A stretch of 64,000 nt of DNA from Micrococcales bacterium UBA7472 (GCA_002478545.1 DLOY01000084.1:54492-118491), one strand, 5' to 3'; shown: positions 43,104-54,044, counted from the stretch's first letter. The notes: generated by a model not told the origin, from the sequence alone. Numbers and translations: made by a program.

Positions 43104-44072
43104 TTAGCTCAGAACACTGCCCAGGTGTGCCTTGCCAGCTTCGGTTATCTCCCTGCCCCTTGGGGTTCTGTGAAGCAAACCCTGTCGAATCAGGTATGGC
43201 TCGATGACGGCCTCGATGGTGTCTTGCTCTTCCCCCAAGGCAACGGCAAGAGTGGAAAGACCAACTGGTCTTGCTGAAAACTTGGTGGCCAACAGTTCCA
43301 GCAGTTGCCTGTCTACTCGGTCAAGTCCTGCCTGATCGATCTCAAAAATTCTCATCGTTTCGAGCACGTGATCCACCGAAATTTCATTGCTTCCGTTCAC
43401 CAGTGCGAAGTCCCTGACTCTGCGAAGAAGTCGATTGGCTATGCGCGGTGTTCCCCTGGAGCGAGACGCCAGAAGTGCAGCAGCCTCTGACGTTATCTGG
43501 TACCCAAGCTTTCCAGCGGAGCTAACGATTACAGACTCGAGTTCGTCTTGGGAGTAGTACTCCAAAAAAGCCGTGAACCCAAAGCGGTCTCTCAGTGGAG
43601 TTGGAAGCATTCCGCTCCTGGTCGTTGCGCCAACCAGAGTGAACGGCTCGAGCTCAAGTGAAATTGAGGACGCACCGGGTCCCTTGCCTACCATCACGTC
43701 AACTCTGAAGTCCTCCATGGCAAGGTAGAGCATCTCCTCGGCAGAGCGGGACATGCGGTGGATTTCATCGATGAATAGCACATCTCCAAACTGCAGCGCA
43801 GAGAGAATTGCAGCTAAATCGCCTGCGCTTTGAATTGCCGGTCCGCTGGTGAGGCGCAATGGTCGCTGAGACTCGTGAGCGACAATCATGGCCAGGGTGG
43901 TTTTTCCCAGCCCCGGGGGTCCGGCAAGCAGCACGTGATCAACCGGACGCTCATGAATTTTCGATGCGTTGATAATTAGAGATAGCTGACCAGAAACCTT
44001 GGCCTGACCAACAAACTCCCCAAGCGATGCCGGCCGAAGGCGAGCTTCAAGCTCGCGTTCCTCGTCACTCAA
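43104..44072 (-). CDS. ruvB: Holliday junction helicase RuvB
   Basis: [39 protein letters not shown]. Confidence 0.98.
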   Translation of the reverse strand: MSDEERELEARLRPASLGEFVGQAKVSGQLSLIINASKIHERPVDHVLLAGPPGLGKTTLAMIVAHESQRPLRLTSGPAIQSAGDLAAILSALQFGDVLFIDEIHRMSRSAEEMLYLAMEDFRVDVMVGKGPGASSISLELEPFTLVGATTRSGMLPTPLRDRFGFTAFLEYYSQDELESVIVSSAGKLGYQITSEAAALLASRSRGTPRIANRLLRRVRDFALVNGSNEISVDHVLETMRIFEIDQAGLDRVDRQLLELLATKFSARPVGLSTLAVALGEEQDTIEAVIEPYLIRQGLLHRTPRGREITEAGKAHLGSVLS

Positions 44073-44631
44073 TTTGGCCTAGCTTTCCAGCGGATAGCTT
44101 TGCAAGCGCTAGCTTCAAAGCCTTCGAATCATCCAGCCCGGCCTCGAGTGAGGAAATGATCTGTTGCGCCTTGGATTCGTTTGTACCCAGTTGGGTAAGC
44201 GCCTGCATGACAGCCGGGTACTTGCCCGAACCAAGCGTCACCTTGCCGCTTAGTTGAAGGATGATGAGTTTTGCGGTCTTCGGACCAATCCCCGAGATGG
44301 CGCGAAATGCGGCCTCATCTTGATTGGAAATGGCTGAGCGCAAAGACTCTTCGGGCATACCTGCCAAAACGCCCAGAGCAAGCTTTGGGCCAATTCCATT
44401 TACCGATACCAGCTGGTCAAATAGCTCTCGCTCCGAGGCAGAGAGAAACCCGTATAGCGACAGTTCGTCTTCTCGCACAATTAACCGAGTGTGAAGGGTG
44501 GTCTTCTCCCCCAACTTCAGAGTGAGTGAGTGTCTTGGGGTAATAGCGATTTCAAAACCCACTCCCGCAACGCTTAGGTGAGCTCGATCGAGGCTGAGCG
44601 CTATCAGCTCTCCGGTTAGCGAAGAAATCAC
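44065..44631 (-). CDS. ruvA: Holliday junction branch migration protein RuvA
   Basis: MISSLTG, GVGF, VRED...LYGF, V.GIGPKLA, GIGPKTA. Confidence 0.96.
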   Translation of the reverse strand: MISSLTGELIALSLDRAHLSVAGVGFEIAITPRHSLTLKLGEKTTLHTRLIVREDELSLYGFLSASERELFDQLVSVNGIGPKLALGVLAGMPEESLRSAISNQDEAAFRAISGIGPKTAKLIILQLSGKVTLGSGKYPAVMQALTQLGTNESKAQQIISSLEAGLDDSKALKLALAKLSAGKLGQIE

Positions 44632-44635
44632 AGCC

Positions 44636-45163
44636 CTAACCTATTCTGCGATTGGCAGCCTTCGCGGCAGCAACCCACTTCTTTTGAGCCGCGGTGCCAA
44701 CCGATCCTCCGCGCTTTGCGCCACAAATCGCAACCGCGACGGCGTCGGCAACATCCGGTGGACCAGGAATCTCTTGGCCCACAAGTCTGGCCACCATTTG
44801 ACCAACCTGGGCCTTATCTGCTCTTCCATTGCCGGTGACGGCAGCCTTAACCTCACTCGGGGTGAAGAACTGCAGAGGTATTTCTAGTTCGTATGCCATT
44901 TGCATCAAAGAGCCTGAGATTTGTGCCACGCCCATTACCGAACGCACATTTGCCTGAGCAAAAACCCGCTCAAGTGCGATCACGTTTGGCTTGTGCCGGA
45001 TTAGTACATCTTTGAGACCGGAGGCAATTTTGCCGACGCGGTCTCTTGGATCAGTGCCAGCATCTGAGGTGAATAGACCGAAGTCGATGAGCTTGGTGCC
45101 CTCGGACTCGATAACCCCAAACCCACACCGCGTGAGTCCTGGGTCAACTCCGAGGATGATCAC
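44636..45163 (-). CDS. ruvC: Crossover junction endonuclease RuvC
   Basis: ILGVDPGLTRCG, ERVF, PSEVKAAVTG.G.A.K.QV, DVADA.A.A. Confidence 0.97.
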   Translation of the reverse strand: MIILGVDPGLTRCGFGVIESEGTKLIDFGLFTSDAGTDPRDRVGKIASGLKDVLIRHKPNVIALERVFAQANVRSVMGVAQISGSLMQMAYELEIPLQFFTPSEVKAAVTGNGRADKAQVGQMVARLVGQEIPGPPDVADAVAVAICGAKRGGSVGTAAQKKWVAAAKAANRRIG

Positions 45164-45916
45164 TTATCCCCTGGCCTCTAGCTCGCTCAGAACCGCTGCC
45201 GAAACATCCATGTTGGTGTAGACGGTCTGCACGTCGTCAAGATCTTCGACAGCATCGATGAGTTTGATGACCTTCTCAGCAGTGTCGGCATCAAGGTCGA
45301 CTTTCAAAGAAGACACGAACTCAACATCGGCTGATTCATAATCAATGCCGGCGTTTTGCAAAGTAGTGCGAACTGCAACGATTGAACTTGGGTCGCAGGT
45401 AAGTACGTGCGACTCGCCGACCAGGGCAACATCCTCTATGTCGTGCTCAATAGCCGCTTCCAAGATGGCATCCTCGTTGGAACCATTGATAACGATGATC
45501 CCCTTACGCGCGAACTGGTAGGAAACTGAGCCTGGGTCGGCCATGTTGCCCGCGTTTTTGGTGACGGCGAGTCTTACCTCAGCAGCAGTGCGGTTCTTGT
45601 TGTCAGTTAGACACTCGATCATGATGGCAACACCACCGGGTCCATAGCCCTCGTACATGATGTTTTGGTAGTCGACTGAACCGTCATCGGCACCCGAACC
45701 ACGCTTGATAGCGCGCTCGATGTTGTCATTGGGAACTGAGTTCTTGCGAGCCTTGTAGACCGCGTCATAGAGAGTCGGGTTGCCGTCGATGTCACCGCCG
45801 CCGATTCTCGCTGCGACTTCAATGTTGCGGATGAGCTTGGCCCACAGCTTCGCACGCTTAGCGTCGTTGGCAGCCTTCTTGTGCTTTGTGGTTGCCCATT
45901 TGGAGTGACCGGACAT
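45164..45916 (-). CDS. yebC: YebC/PmpR family protein
   Basis: [36 protein letters not shown]. Confidence 0.96.
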   Translation of the reverse strand: MSGHSKWATTKHKKAANDAKRAKLWAKLIRNIEVAARIGGGDIDGNPTLYDAVYKARKNSVPNDNIERAIKRGSGADDGSVDYQNIMYEGYGPGGVAIMIECLTDNKNRTAAEVRLAVTKNAGNMADPGSVSYQFARKGIIVINGSNEDAILEAAIEHDIEDVALVGESHVLTCDPSSIVAVRTTLQNAGIDYESADVEFVSSLKVDLDADTAEKVIKLIDAVEDLDDVQTVYTNMDVSAAVLSELEARG

Positions 45917-45928
45917 AGTTCCTCTAAA

Positions 45929-46501
45929 TTACTTGTTCTGACTCTCTCGCACCGCGTCTACGAACAGACTGTGGAGAATCTTTGCGCCTGTGATTTCGGG
46001 GTGAAAACTGGCTCCGAACAGGTTACCGCTTTTCACTGCAACTGCATCGCCGTTGAAGCGGGCCAGGATCTCAGCGCTCCCTGAATCTAGGATTCTTGGG
46101 GCACGAATAAACGCTACCCGCTCGGTTCTAGAGCCAAAGCTAACGTCAGCCTCGAACGAGTGAGTTTGACCTCCGTAGGCATTTCTGGACGTCTTGATTG
46201 GCAATCCGCCTATGAACTCTTGACCCTGAATAGCTCCCTCAACCTTGTCAGAGAGCAGGATCAAACCGGCACAGGTTCCCAATACAGGTTTCTGCTTTGC
46301 GAATTCACGCAATGGTTCAATCAATCCGAAGCTCTTGGCAAGGTTTGAGATTGCCGTTGATTCGCCTCCGGGAATTACGAGAGCATCAACTGAATCCAAG
46401 TCTGACTTGGTTCTTACCTTTACGGCCTCAACACCTAATTCAGTCAGGGTGTTTTGGTGCTCGCGAAAGTCTCCTTGCAGCGCCAGGACGCCGATTCGCA
46501 A
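45929..46501 (-). CDS. pdxT: PLP synthase glutaminase subunit
   Basis: GVLALQGDF.EH, PGGEST, GTCAGLI, FIRAP, FHPE. Confidence 0.97.
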   Translation of the reverse strand: MRIGVLALQGDFREHQNTLTELGVEAVKVRTKSDLDSVDALVIPGGESTAISNLAKSFGLIEPLREFAKQKPVLGTCAGLILLSDKVEGAIQGQEFIGGLPIKTSRNAYGGQTHSFEADVSFGSRTERVAFIRAPRILDSGSAEILARFNGDAVAVKSGNLFGASFHPEITGAKILHSLFVDAVRESQNK

Positions 46502-47395
46502 TTACCAGCCACGCTCCGCAAGTCGGTGTGGGGCTGGTAGGTCATTTACGTTGATTCCAACCATCGCCTCACCCAATCCACGCGAGACCTCAGCAATTAC
46601 AGCAGGGTCATCGTAGAAAGTAGTGGCCTTTACGATTGCAGCTGCTCGAGCCGCTGGGTTACCTGACTTGAAGATTCCAGAGCCAACGAATACTCCGTCA
46701 GCGCCAAGCTGCATCATCATGGCTGCGTCGGCAGGGGTTGCAACGCCACCGGCCACGAACAGTACAACGGGGAGCTTGCCAGTCTTGGCAACCTCGCGCA
46801 CAAGCTGGTATGGAGCCTGCAGCTCTTTGGCTGCAACGTAGAGTTCCTCTTCGGTCTTGGCAGAGAGCGCACGAATCTCAGAGAGTATGGTCCGGATGTG
46901 CTTGGTTGCCTCGGAAACATCGCCGGTGCCTGCCTCACCTTTAGAGCGAATCATTGCGGCACCTTCGGTGATGCGGCGAAGTGCCTCACCAAGATTGGTA
47001 GCGCCACAAACAAATGGAACCTCGAACTGCCACTTGTCGATGTGGTTTACATAGTCTGCAGGTGATAGCACCTCAGATTCATCGATGTAGTCAACCTCTA
47101 GGGACTGCAAAACCTGGGCCTCGACGAAGTGTCCGATACGAGCCTTCGCCATAACTGGAATGGACACGGTGTTGATGATCTGGTCAATCAAATCTGGATC
47201 ACTCATGCGCGCAACGCCGCCCTGGGCGCGAATGTCTGCAGGGACGCGCTCAAGAGCCATCACCGCAACTGCTCCGGCGTCCTCGGCAATCTTTGCCTGC
47301 TCCGGGGTTACGACATCCATGATCACGCCACCCTTTAGCATCTCTGCTAGGCCGCGCTTAACGAGTGGGGTTGCTTCTAGAAATTCTTCTGACAT
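46502..47395 (-). CDS. pdxS: PLP synthase lyase subunit
   Basis: [39 protein letters not shown]. Confidence 0.98.
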   Translation of the reverse strand: MSEEFLEATPLVKRGLAEMLKGGVIMDVVTPEQAKIAEDAGAVAVMALERVPADIRAQGGVARMSDPDLIDQIINTVSIPVMAKARIGHFVEAQVLQSLEVDYIDESEVLSPADYVNHIDKWQFEVPFVCGATNLGEALRRITEGAAMIRSKGEAGTGDVSEATKHIRTILSEIRALSAKTEEELYVAAKELQAPYQLVREVAKTGKLPVVLFVAGGVATPADAAMMMQLGADGVFVGSGIFKSGNPAARAAAIVKATTFYDDPAVIAEVSRGLGEAMVGINVNDLPAPHRLAERGW

Positions 47396-47404
47396 GCCTA
47401 AATC

Positions 47405-47938
47405 CTAAGCTTCGGTTATCCAGTTGTTTGCAATTGTTTCCCTAACTTCACCCAGCAACCTAGGCAAAGCCTTGGTCTGAGCGATGATTGGGAAGAAGTT
47501 GGCGTCGGTCTTCCATCTTGGAACGATGTGCTGGTGAAGGTGAGAGGCAATTCCTGCTCCAGCCACCTCGCCTTGGTTCATTCCGATGTTGAAGCCATGA
47601 GTGCCGAACACTTTTTTCAGAGAGCGCATTCCTTGCTGTGTTAGCTTGCCGATCTCTGCAATCTCTTCCCGGGTCGCCTTGTCGTAGGTATCAACGTGGC
47701 GATAGGGACAAACCAAAAGGTGTCCGGTGTTGTAGGGAAAGAGGTTCATCAGTACGTAACAGGTCTCACCCTTATAAACCACCAGGCCCTCTTCCGGGGT
47801 CTTGTTTGGAGCGTGGCAAAACGGGCAGTCTTCATCTGCAGGTTGCTGCCCAGTCTGGAGGTAGACGAGACGGTGTGGAGTCCACAGCCGCTCGAAGTTG
47901 TCTTTCATCGCCGAGAATCCCTCTAGAAACTCAGTCAA
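47405..47938 (-). CDS. HIT family protein (Ap4A phosphorylase-like)
   Basis: RLWTPHR, CPFC, NLFPYN.GH, HLHQHIVPRW; downstream of thrS; exact start uncertain. Confidence 0.92.
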   Translation of the reverse strand: MTEFLEGFSAMKDNFERLWTPHRLVYLQTGQQPADEDCPFCHAPNKTPEEGLVVYKGETCYVLMNLFPYNTGHLLVCPYRHVDTYDKATREEIAEIGKLTQQGMRSLKKVFGTHGFNIGMNQGEVAGAGIASHLHQHIVPRWKTDANFFPIIAQTKALPRLLGEVRETIANNWITEA

Positions 47939-49924
47939 TTAGACCTGTCGCTTCTGCTCTATGGCATCCAGGATCAGTTGCAAAGCCTCTGCTCTTGGAA
48001 CATCGTTAGTTTGCGAACCATCGCGGTATCGGAAGCTAAAGGTGCCCGACTCGGCGTCTCTTGCTCCAGCAAGTATCATGAACGGCACCTTGAGCAAAGT
48101 GTGGTCACGAATCTTCTTCTGCATGCGGTTATCTGAGCGATCGACCTCGACTCTGACTCCATGCAATCTCAACTCAGCGGCAAAGTCCTCGAGGTAATCC
48201 GCAAACTCATCTGCCACCGGGATGCACACAGCCTGAACTGGAGCAAGCCATGGCGGGAAGTGCCCTGCGTAGTGCTCAGTCAACACTCCGAAGAAGCGCT
48301 CAATCGAACCAAACAGCGCTCGGTGAATCATGATCGGGCGGTGACGCTCTCCGTCGCTTCCAACATATTCGAGGTCAAATCTCTCGGGCAGGTTGAAGTC
48401 AAGCTGAATCGTGGACATCTGCCAGGTGCGACCAATAGCATCCCGAGCTTGAACTGAAATCTTGGGGCCGTAGAACGCTGCTCCACCTGGATCTGGAACC
48501 AGCTGAAGGCCAGACCGCTCTGCCACTGACTGCAGAGTATTAGTCGCACGATCCCAGATTTCATCGCTACCGACGAACTTCGGGTTTTCGGGATCGCGGG
48601 TTGAAAGCTCGAGGTAGAAGTCATTTAGCCCGTAATCGCGAAGCAGTCCCAGCACGAAATCGAGAACGCTGGTCAGTTCAGTCTCAAGCTGCTCGTTGGT
48701 TACAAACAGGTGGGCATCATCTTGAGTCATGCCGCGCACTCGGGTTAGGCCATGCAGAACGCCAGATTTCTCATAGCGATAAACCGAGCCGAACTCGAAC
48801 ATTCTCAGTGGCAGCTCACGATACGAACGCTGCCTCGAGCGGAAAATCAAAATGTGGAACGGGCAGTTCATCGGCTTGAGGTAGTAGTCCGCTCCGGCTC
48901 GCTTGAGTTGACCTTGATCGTCAAACTCGGCATCAAGCTTCATTGGCGGGAACATGCCATCCGAGTACCACTGCAGGTGACCGGAAGTCTCGAACAAGGT
49001 CGATTTTGTGATGTGTGGCGAGTAGACAAACTCGTAACCGGCGTCCTCGTGACGCTTTCGGCTGTAGTCCTCCATGACTCGCCTTAGGATCCCTCCGCGC
49101 GGGTGAAATACCGCAAGTCCGGATCCGATTTCATCCGGGAACGAGAACAAATCGAGCTCTACGCCCAGCTTGCGATGGTCACGTTTTGCCGCCTCCTCGA
49201 GCCTGAGCATGTAGGCATCGTGGTCCTCCTGTGAGGACCATGCTGTTCCGTAAATGCGCTGCAGCTGCTTGTTGTTCTCGTTGCCACGCCAGTAGGCGGC
49301 CGCTGAACGCAACAGCGAAAAGGCCTTACCAACTATCCGGGTGTTTGGAAGGTGTGGTCCGCGGCAGAGATCCCTCCAGGCAACTGTGCCATCGGGATTG
49401 AGGTTTTCGTAAACCGAGAGCTGTCCTGCACCAACCTCCGCTGCACCCTCACCAACGTCTGAGCTCTTGAGAGAGATGAGTTCGAGCTTGTATGGTTCGT
49501 CCTTCATCAGCTCTCTTGCCTCTTCATCACTTACCTCGCGACGAATAAAGCGCTGTGACTTACCTACCAGTTCCTTCATGCGTTTCTCAATGCGCTTTAG
49601 GTCCTCTGGTTTGAATGGCTCTGCAACATCGAAATCGAAGTAAAAACCATCTTTGATGGGTGGGCCAATTCCGAGTTTGGCAGGATCGAAGAGCTCTTGG
49701 ACCGCCTGAGCCATGACGTGCGCGGTTGAATGTCTCAGGATTGAAAGCCCTGCCTCAGAGTCGATACTGACTCCCGAGATGGCATCGCCCGCCTGCGGCT
49801 TGTAGGACAGGTCCTTCAATTCGCCATTGACTTCAAGCGCGATGATGGACTTGTCCTGAAACAGCTTGAAGCCATCAACACCTGACTCTAACTCGGTGCT
49901 AACGCCATTTATAGTGACCTGCAA
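47939..49924 (-). CDS. thrS: Threonine--tRNA ligase
   Basis: [46 protein letters not shown]. Confidence 0.99.
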   Translation of the reverse strand: MQVTINGVSTELESGVDGFKLFQDKSIIALEVNGELKDLSYKPQAGDAISGVSIDSEAGLSILRHSTAHVMAQAVQELFDPAKLGIGPPIKDGFYFDFDVAEPFKPEDLKRIEKRMKELVGKSQRFIRREVSDEEARELMKDEPYKLELISLKSSDVGEGAAEVGAGQLSVYENLNPDGTVAWRDLCRGPHLPNTRIVGKAFSLLRSAAAYWRGNENNKQLQRIYGTAWSSQEDHDAYMLRLEEAAKRDHRKLGVELDLFSFPDEIGSGLAVFHPRGGILRRVMEDYSRKRHEDAGYEFVYSPHITKSTLFETSGHLQWYSDGMFPPMKLDAEFDDQGQLKRAGADYYLKPMNCPFHILIFRSRQRSYRELPLRMFEFGSVYRYEKSGVLHGLTRVRGMTQDDAHLFVTNEQLETELTSVLDFVLGLLRDYGLNDFYLELSTRDPENPKFVGSDEIWDRATNTLQSVAERSGLQLVPDPGGAAFYGPKISVQARDAIGRTWQMSTIQLDFNLPERFDLEYVGSDGERHRPIMIHRALFGSIERFFGVLTEHYAGHFPPWLAPVQAVCIPVADEFADYLEDFAAELRLHGVRVEVDRSDNRMQKKIRDHTLLKVPFMILAGARDAESGTFSFRYRDGSQTNDVPRAEALQLILDAIEQKRQV

Positions 49925-49955
49925 GATGACTCCTAACCCGCCAAAGTCTACCGAG

Positions 49956-49974
49956 GTTGGTTAGGTAAACCTTG
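49956..49974. promoter_or_regulatory. Candidate DtxR/IdeR-family operator
   Basis: GTTGGTTAGGTAAACCTTG matches 13/19 positions of TTAGGTTAGGCTAACCTAA; lies upstream of a VIT1/CCC1 metal exporter. Confidence 0.45.
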
Positions 49975-50011
49975 CTGGTGCTGGCAATTTGACACTGTGT
50001 AATCTGCACCC

Positions 50012-50551
50012 ATGACAGATCAATCAAGGCATGAACTGGAGCACAAGCTCAACTGGCTTCGTGCAGCGGTTTTGGGGGCGAACGACGGTGTGATCTCGAT
50101 CGCTGGTGTGGTGATGGGCATAGCCGGTGCTGGAGCGGATCGAGCTACTGTCGCACTGGCAGGCATCGCGGCACTAGCGGCAGGTGCAATTTCTATGGCC
50201 GGAGGCGAATACACCTCGGTGAGCGCACAACGAGATGCTGAGATTGCCTATGGCCGACACCATCTAGAGATTGCAGCCAGCCCTTGGACTGCGGCCTGGG
50301 CTTCGTTCGTAGCCTTTACATCTGGTGGCCTACTGCCACTTCTTGCTGTACTTGGGCCCTGGCAAGAAAATCGAGTTCCAGTGACAGTTGTTGCAGTTGT
50401 TGTTGCCCTCGGCCTAACTGGTTGGTGGGCAGCTGAACGCGGAGGGGCATCTAGACGAAAGTCAATCCTGCGAAATGTAATCGTGAGCGTGCTGACCATG
50501 GTTGTCTCTTACGGAATTGGTGCTCTTTTAGGCGTGACAGTCTTCGCTTAG
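50012..50551 (+). CDS. VIT1/CCC1 family Fe/Mn transporter, short form
   Basis: LNWLRAAVLGANDG, AGAISMA.GEY.SVSAQRD, SPW.AA.ASF.AF; extended -10 TGTGTAATCT ends 6 nt before the ATG. Confidence 0.9.
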   Translation: MTDQSRHELEHKLNWLRAAVLGANDGVISIAGVVMGIAGAGADRATVALAGIAALAAGAISMAGGEYTSVSAQRDAEIAYGRHHLEIAASPWTAAWASFVAFTSGGLLPLLAVLGPWQENRVPVTVVAVVVALGLTGWWAAERGGASRRKSILRNVIVSVLTMVVSYGIGALLGVTVFA

Positions 50552-50569
50552 CCATTACCCTTAGTAGCT

Positions 50570-52039
50570 GTGTCAAATGTAGAGAGCTTCGACGTCGCGC
50601 TCATTGGCGGCGGCATCATGAGTGCAACCCTCGGTGTGCTCATCAAAAAGACCAACCCTGAAGCCAAGATCATCCTCTTTGAACGGCTCGAGTCGGTAGC
50701 TGAAGAGAGTTCTAACCCTTGGAACAATGCCGGCACAGGTCACGCAGCGCTGTGTGAACTTAACTACATGCCAGATAGCAAGGATGGCTCTTTGCCAGAT
50801 GCCTCCAAGGCGATCGCAATCAACGAGCAGTTTCAGGTTTCGCGTCAATTCTGGGCAACCCTCGTACAAGAGGGCATCCTTTCCTCTCCTGAGACCTTCA
50901 TTCGCTCGGTCCCTCACATGACTTTTGTTACTGGCGACAAGGATGTTGACTACCTGAAGCGCCGCTTTACAGTTTTGAAGGATCAGCCGTTGTTTGCCGG
51001 GATGGAATATTCCGAGGACCCTAAGGCGATCGCTAAGTGGGCTCCGCTAATCGTTGAGGGTCGTAAGGATTCGAAGTTTGCGGCCACCTTCATAGACCAG
51101 GGCACAGATGTTGACTATGGTGCGATCACGAGACAGCTCATTGAATGGCTCAAAGTCCAGGGTGTTGAGGTTCAAACCAGCACTGAGGTCAAGAAGCTCT
51201 ATCAATATCAGGACAAAACCTGGCGACTAACCGCTGGTGGCAACGCCAGGGGTCGAATAATTAAGGCCGAAAAGGTATTCGTCGGAGCTGGCGGCTGGGC
51301 GCTAAAGCTTTTGCAAAAGGCCGGCATCCCGGAAATCAAGGGGTATGGCACATTCCCGGTCAGTGGGCACTTCCTCAGGACCGACAACCCTGAGGTGGTG
51401 GCGAGGCATCACGCCAAGGTTTACTCCCAGGCAGCTGTGGGCGCTCCCCCAATGTCCGTGCCCCACCTAGACACCCGAGTGGTTGACGGTAAGACATCTT
51501 TGCTGTTCGGACCATTTGCGGGACTGAACCCAAAGTTCCTAAAGTCCGGTTCGATCCTAGATCTGCCACTTTCGGTCAGGCCAGCCAACATCATCCCCTA
51601 CCTTTCCGTGGCTCTAAAGAACTTCTCCCTAGTTCAGTACTTAGTCACTGAAATCTTGAAATCTAAGAAGCAAAAGCTGCAGAGTCTGAAGGATTTCGTT
51701 CCAAACTCAGATCTCCAGGGCTGGGAGCTTTACGAGGCCGGTCAGCGCGCTCAGGTAATTAAGCCCGTCAAGGGCGGCGGAGTTTTGCAGTTTGGCACCG
51801 AGGTGATCAGCTCCAGGGATGCATCCATAGCTGGACTTCTTGGTGCATCACCAGGCGCGTCTGTGAGCGTGAGCGTGATGCTCGATGTGATGCAGAAGTT
51901 TTATCCACAGCACTTTTCGAAGTTTGAACCCGAACTTAGAAAGCTCATCCCCGCCTATGGCAAGAAGCTAAATGCCGATCCGGCGTTGGCCAAAAAGACC
52001 CTATCTGCAACTGCAAAGGTTCTGAAGCTCAAGGCATAG
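50570..52039 (+). CDS. mqo: Malate:quinone oxidoreductase
   Basis: IGGGIMSATL, ESS..WNNAGTGHAALCELNY, PPMSVPHLDTR, AGQR.Q, LLGASPGAS. Confidence 0.96.
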   Translation: MSNVESFDVALIGGGIMSATLGVLIKKTNPEAKIILFERLESVAEESSNPWNNAGTGHAALCELNYMPDSKDGSLPDASKAIAINEQFQVSRQFWATLVQEGILSSPETFIRSVPHMTFVTGDKDVDYLKRRFTVLKDQPLFAGMEYSEDPKAIAKWAPLIVEGRKDSKFAATFIDQGTDVDYGAITRQLIEWLKVQGVEVQTSTEVKKLYQYQDKTWRLTAGGNARGRIIKAEKVFVGAGGWALKLLQKAGIPEIKGYGTFPVSGHFLRTDNPEVVARHHAKVYSQAAVGAPPMSVPHLDTRVVDGKTSLLFGPFAGLNPKFLKSGSILDLPLSVRPANIIPYLSVALKNFSLVQYLVTEILKSKKQKLQSLKDFVPNSDLQGWELYEAGQRAQVIKPVKGGGVLQFGTEVISSRDASIAGLLGASPGASVSVSVMLDVMQKFYPQHFSKFEPELRKLIPAYGKKLNADPALAKKTLSATAKVLKLKA

Positions 52040-52042
52040 TCC

Positions 52043-52078
52043 AAAAAACAACCCCCGAGGTAATCCCCCGGGGGTTGT
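52043..52078 (-). terminator. Intrinsic terminator between convergent mqo and nucleotidase genes
   Basis: Stem ACAACCCCCG/CGGGGGTTGT (52048-52057, 52069-52078) followed by a T run on the minus strand; may act bidirectionally. Confidence 0.8.
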
Positions 52079-52091
52079 CTCTATGCAGCGA

Positions 52092-54044
52092 CTACTTGCC
52101 GATCACAGTGGTTCGGCCATCCAGCTTCATCTGGGTTACCTTGCCTGCTGCGGCATCAGCCTTTAGAGCCTCAACTAGAACTTCAGCGTCAAGGTCACGC
52201 ACGTTGAGCTTTGAGATGTCGAACATGTTGTAGCCATCTCCACCCTTTGCAACGAAGTCGGTCAGGGCCAGGGTGAACTTGGTTCCATCCTTTGGAATCG
52301 GATTTCCCTTCAGGTCCACTAGCGAAACGATTCTCGAGCCAACTGGCTTCGATACGTCGACAGTGAATTTCATTCCTGAAACATGTGGCCAGCGACCATC
52401 GGTTGGGTAGCGTGAAACACCGTTCTCCATAGCAGCCCAAATTTGGGTTCCGGTCACTTCAATCGTGCTGAAGACGTTGCCGAATGGGTGAATGGTGTAA
52501 ACGTCACCCAGCAAGACATCCCACGGACCCTCAGCGTTACCTGCCGTTGGGCGTTTAATCGTCTTGTCGCCTGGGACATACGTAGTAGCCGGGAAGGTTG
52601 AGCGGATTCCGCCACCGTTCATAAGCGCGAAGTCAGTTCCATATTTGGCTCGAACTACATCGGCAGACCAGTTGCCGAAAACATGCTCACCGCTTCGCTG
52701 AACCGGAGGAGTACCGGCGATTGGGGTTGACACCTGAACCTGGCCAACCTTCACATCCATCTTGGCATTTAGTGAGCTCTTGAACCGAGTGACCATGGTA
52801 GCTGTCGTGGCATCTGGGGTCTTGACGCTAGCGTTCGCGGTGGTGATTAGTTCATTGGAGGAGCCAACAACCTTGCCAGTTTCGGTGTTAACACAAACCT
52901 GAATTCGGTTGTACTGCGCTCCAGCGTTCCTAACCATCGCGGTTAGCTTGCCGTTGTGAACAGAAGAGTACGTCTGGTGCGAGTGTGCTCCAAGCACAAC
53001 ATCGACACCCTTGAGGCTCTTGGCGTAGTCAATCAGCGGACCCACTGCCTTGCCGTCTTGGTTGGTGTTCCATCCCTCATGGATCAGTGCAACCACTACA
53101 TGTGCGCCTGCAGCCTTTGCGGCTGAAACTGCTCGGTCAATACCAGGTGCATCGTCCGTGATGGCTACGGTGCCCTTCTTGCCAGCGTAGGTGAAGTCGA
53201 GGTTGCCCGGCATTACCTGCTCAACGGTCTGTGAGGTGTTGATGCCAATGAAGCCAACCTTTACCCCATCGCGCTCGATGACTGTGTATGTTTTGGCTCG
53301 CTTTCCATCCCCTGCATCAAGACCCTTCAGTGTCGAATAGTTCGATGCAACCCAGGTGAAATCGGACTTGCGAATCATTTGACGCAGGTGCGCGAGGTTG
53401 CGGTCATGCTCGTGGTTTCCAAATCCGGAGACATCAAATCCCATGAGGTTCATGCCCTCGATTGTTGGAACCTCCGCAAACTGCGAGGAAATAGGTGGCG
53501 CAGCGCCGATGTTATCGCCCGAGGAGACGGTGAATGTTCCCGCAACCGCAGCGCGATCCGCTTTGAAGTTGGCAGCAAGAAGGGCAGCGCCAAAGCTGCT
53601 GTTTGGCTCAAGCTGTCCATGGAAATCGCTGAGCTGCAGGATCTGAACGCTCTTGTGCTTAGTCGAGACGCTAATTGGGCTTACTGCCGCGGCCTTAGCG
53701 CCGGCTGAAATGCCATATTCGTTTACCGCTTGAACCTGGACTGTCATGGATTTTGTGGACAGCGTCGGCAGTAGGACACTTCGTGACCCTGCGCCAACGA
53801 TTACTGGGCAAGAGCCCTGACCAGCGCTCACGATGTAGTGAGTGACATCTGGAGCGCCATCAACGCCGCTCCAGTTGACACGAAGACCGCCCACTGCTTG
53901 GGAAACTGCAACGGTGGCCGGAGCGGTCGGGATCGAGTAAGTCTCTGCTGAGACGGCGGGAGTGCTCAGGGTGAGAGCACTGAGTGCGGTTGCCGCAACA
54001 GCGGCTAGGCCAACTCTTAGTCGGCGCTGAATTTTGAGTTCCAT
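52092..54044 (-). CDS. Secreted metallophosphoesterase/5'-nucleotidase (UshA-like) with N-terminal Fn3-like domain
   Basis: Signal peptide; P.AP..V....V.W...Y.V...V.V.AVNEYG.S Fn3 pattern; DFHG, GD, GNHEHD, H, GAHSH motifs; C-domain NGGGIR and PFGN; start re-set to ATG 54044. Confidence 0.88.
   Translation of the reverse strand: MELKIQRRLRVGLAAVAATALSALTLSTPAVSAETYSIPTAPATVAVSQAVGGLRVNWSGVDGAPDVTHYIVSAGQGSCPVIVGAGSRSVLLPTLSTKSMTVQVQAVNEYGISAGAKAAAVSPISVSTKHKSVQILQLSDFHGQLEPNSSFGAALLAANFKADRAAVAGTFTVSSGDNIGAAPPISSQFAEVPTIEGMNLMGFDVSGFGNHEHDRNLAHLRQMIRKSDFTWVASNYSTLKGLDAGDGKRAKTYTVIERDGVKVGFIGINTSQTVEQVMPGNLDFTYAGKKGTVAITDDAPGIDRAVSAAKAAGAHVVVALIHEGWNTNQDGKAVGPLIDYAKSLKGVDVVLGAHSHQTYSSVHNGKLTAMVRNAGAQYNRIQVCVNTETGKVVGSSNELITTANASVKTPDATTATMVTRFKSSLNAKMDVKVGQVQVSTPIAGTPPVQRSGEHVFGNWSADVVRAKYGTDFALMNGGGIRSTFPATTYVPGDKTIKRPTAGNAEGPWDVLLGDVYTIHPFGNVFSTIEVTGTQIWAAMENGVSRYPTDGRWPHVSGMKFTVDVSKPVGSRIVSLVDLKGNPIPKDGTKFTLALTDFVAKGGDGYNMFDISKLNVRDLDAEVLVEALKADAAAGKVTQMKLDGRTTVIGK

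Noticed and set aside
44632..45170. LexA/SOS box for ruvCAB or rarA
   Set aside because: No TCGAAC-n4-GTTCGA-like site seen; ruvC abuts yebC.
49925..49950. T-box or attenuator before thrS (also alaS)
   Set aside because: Leaders are far too short: about 20 nt for thrS and a 7-bp gap for alaS.
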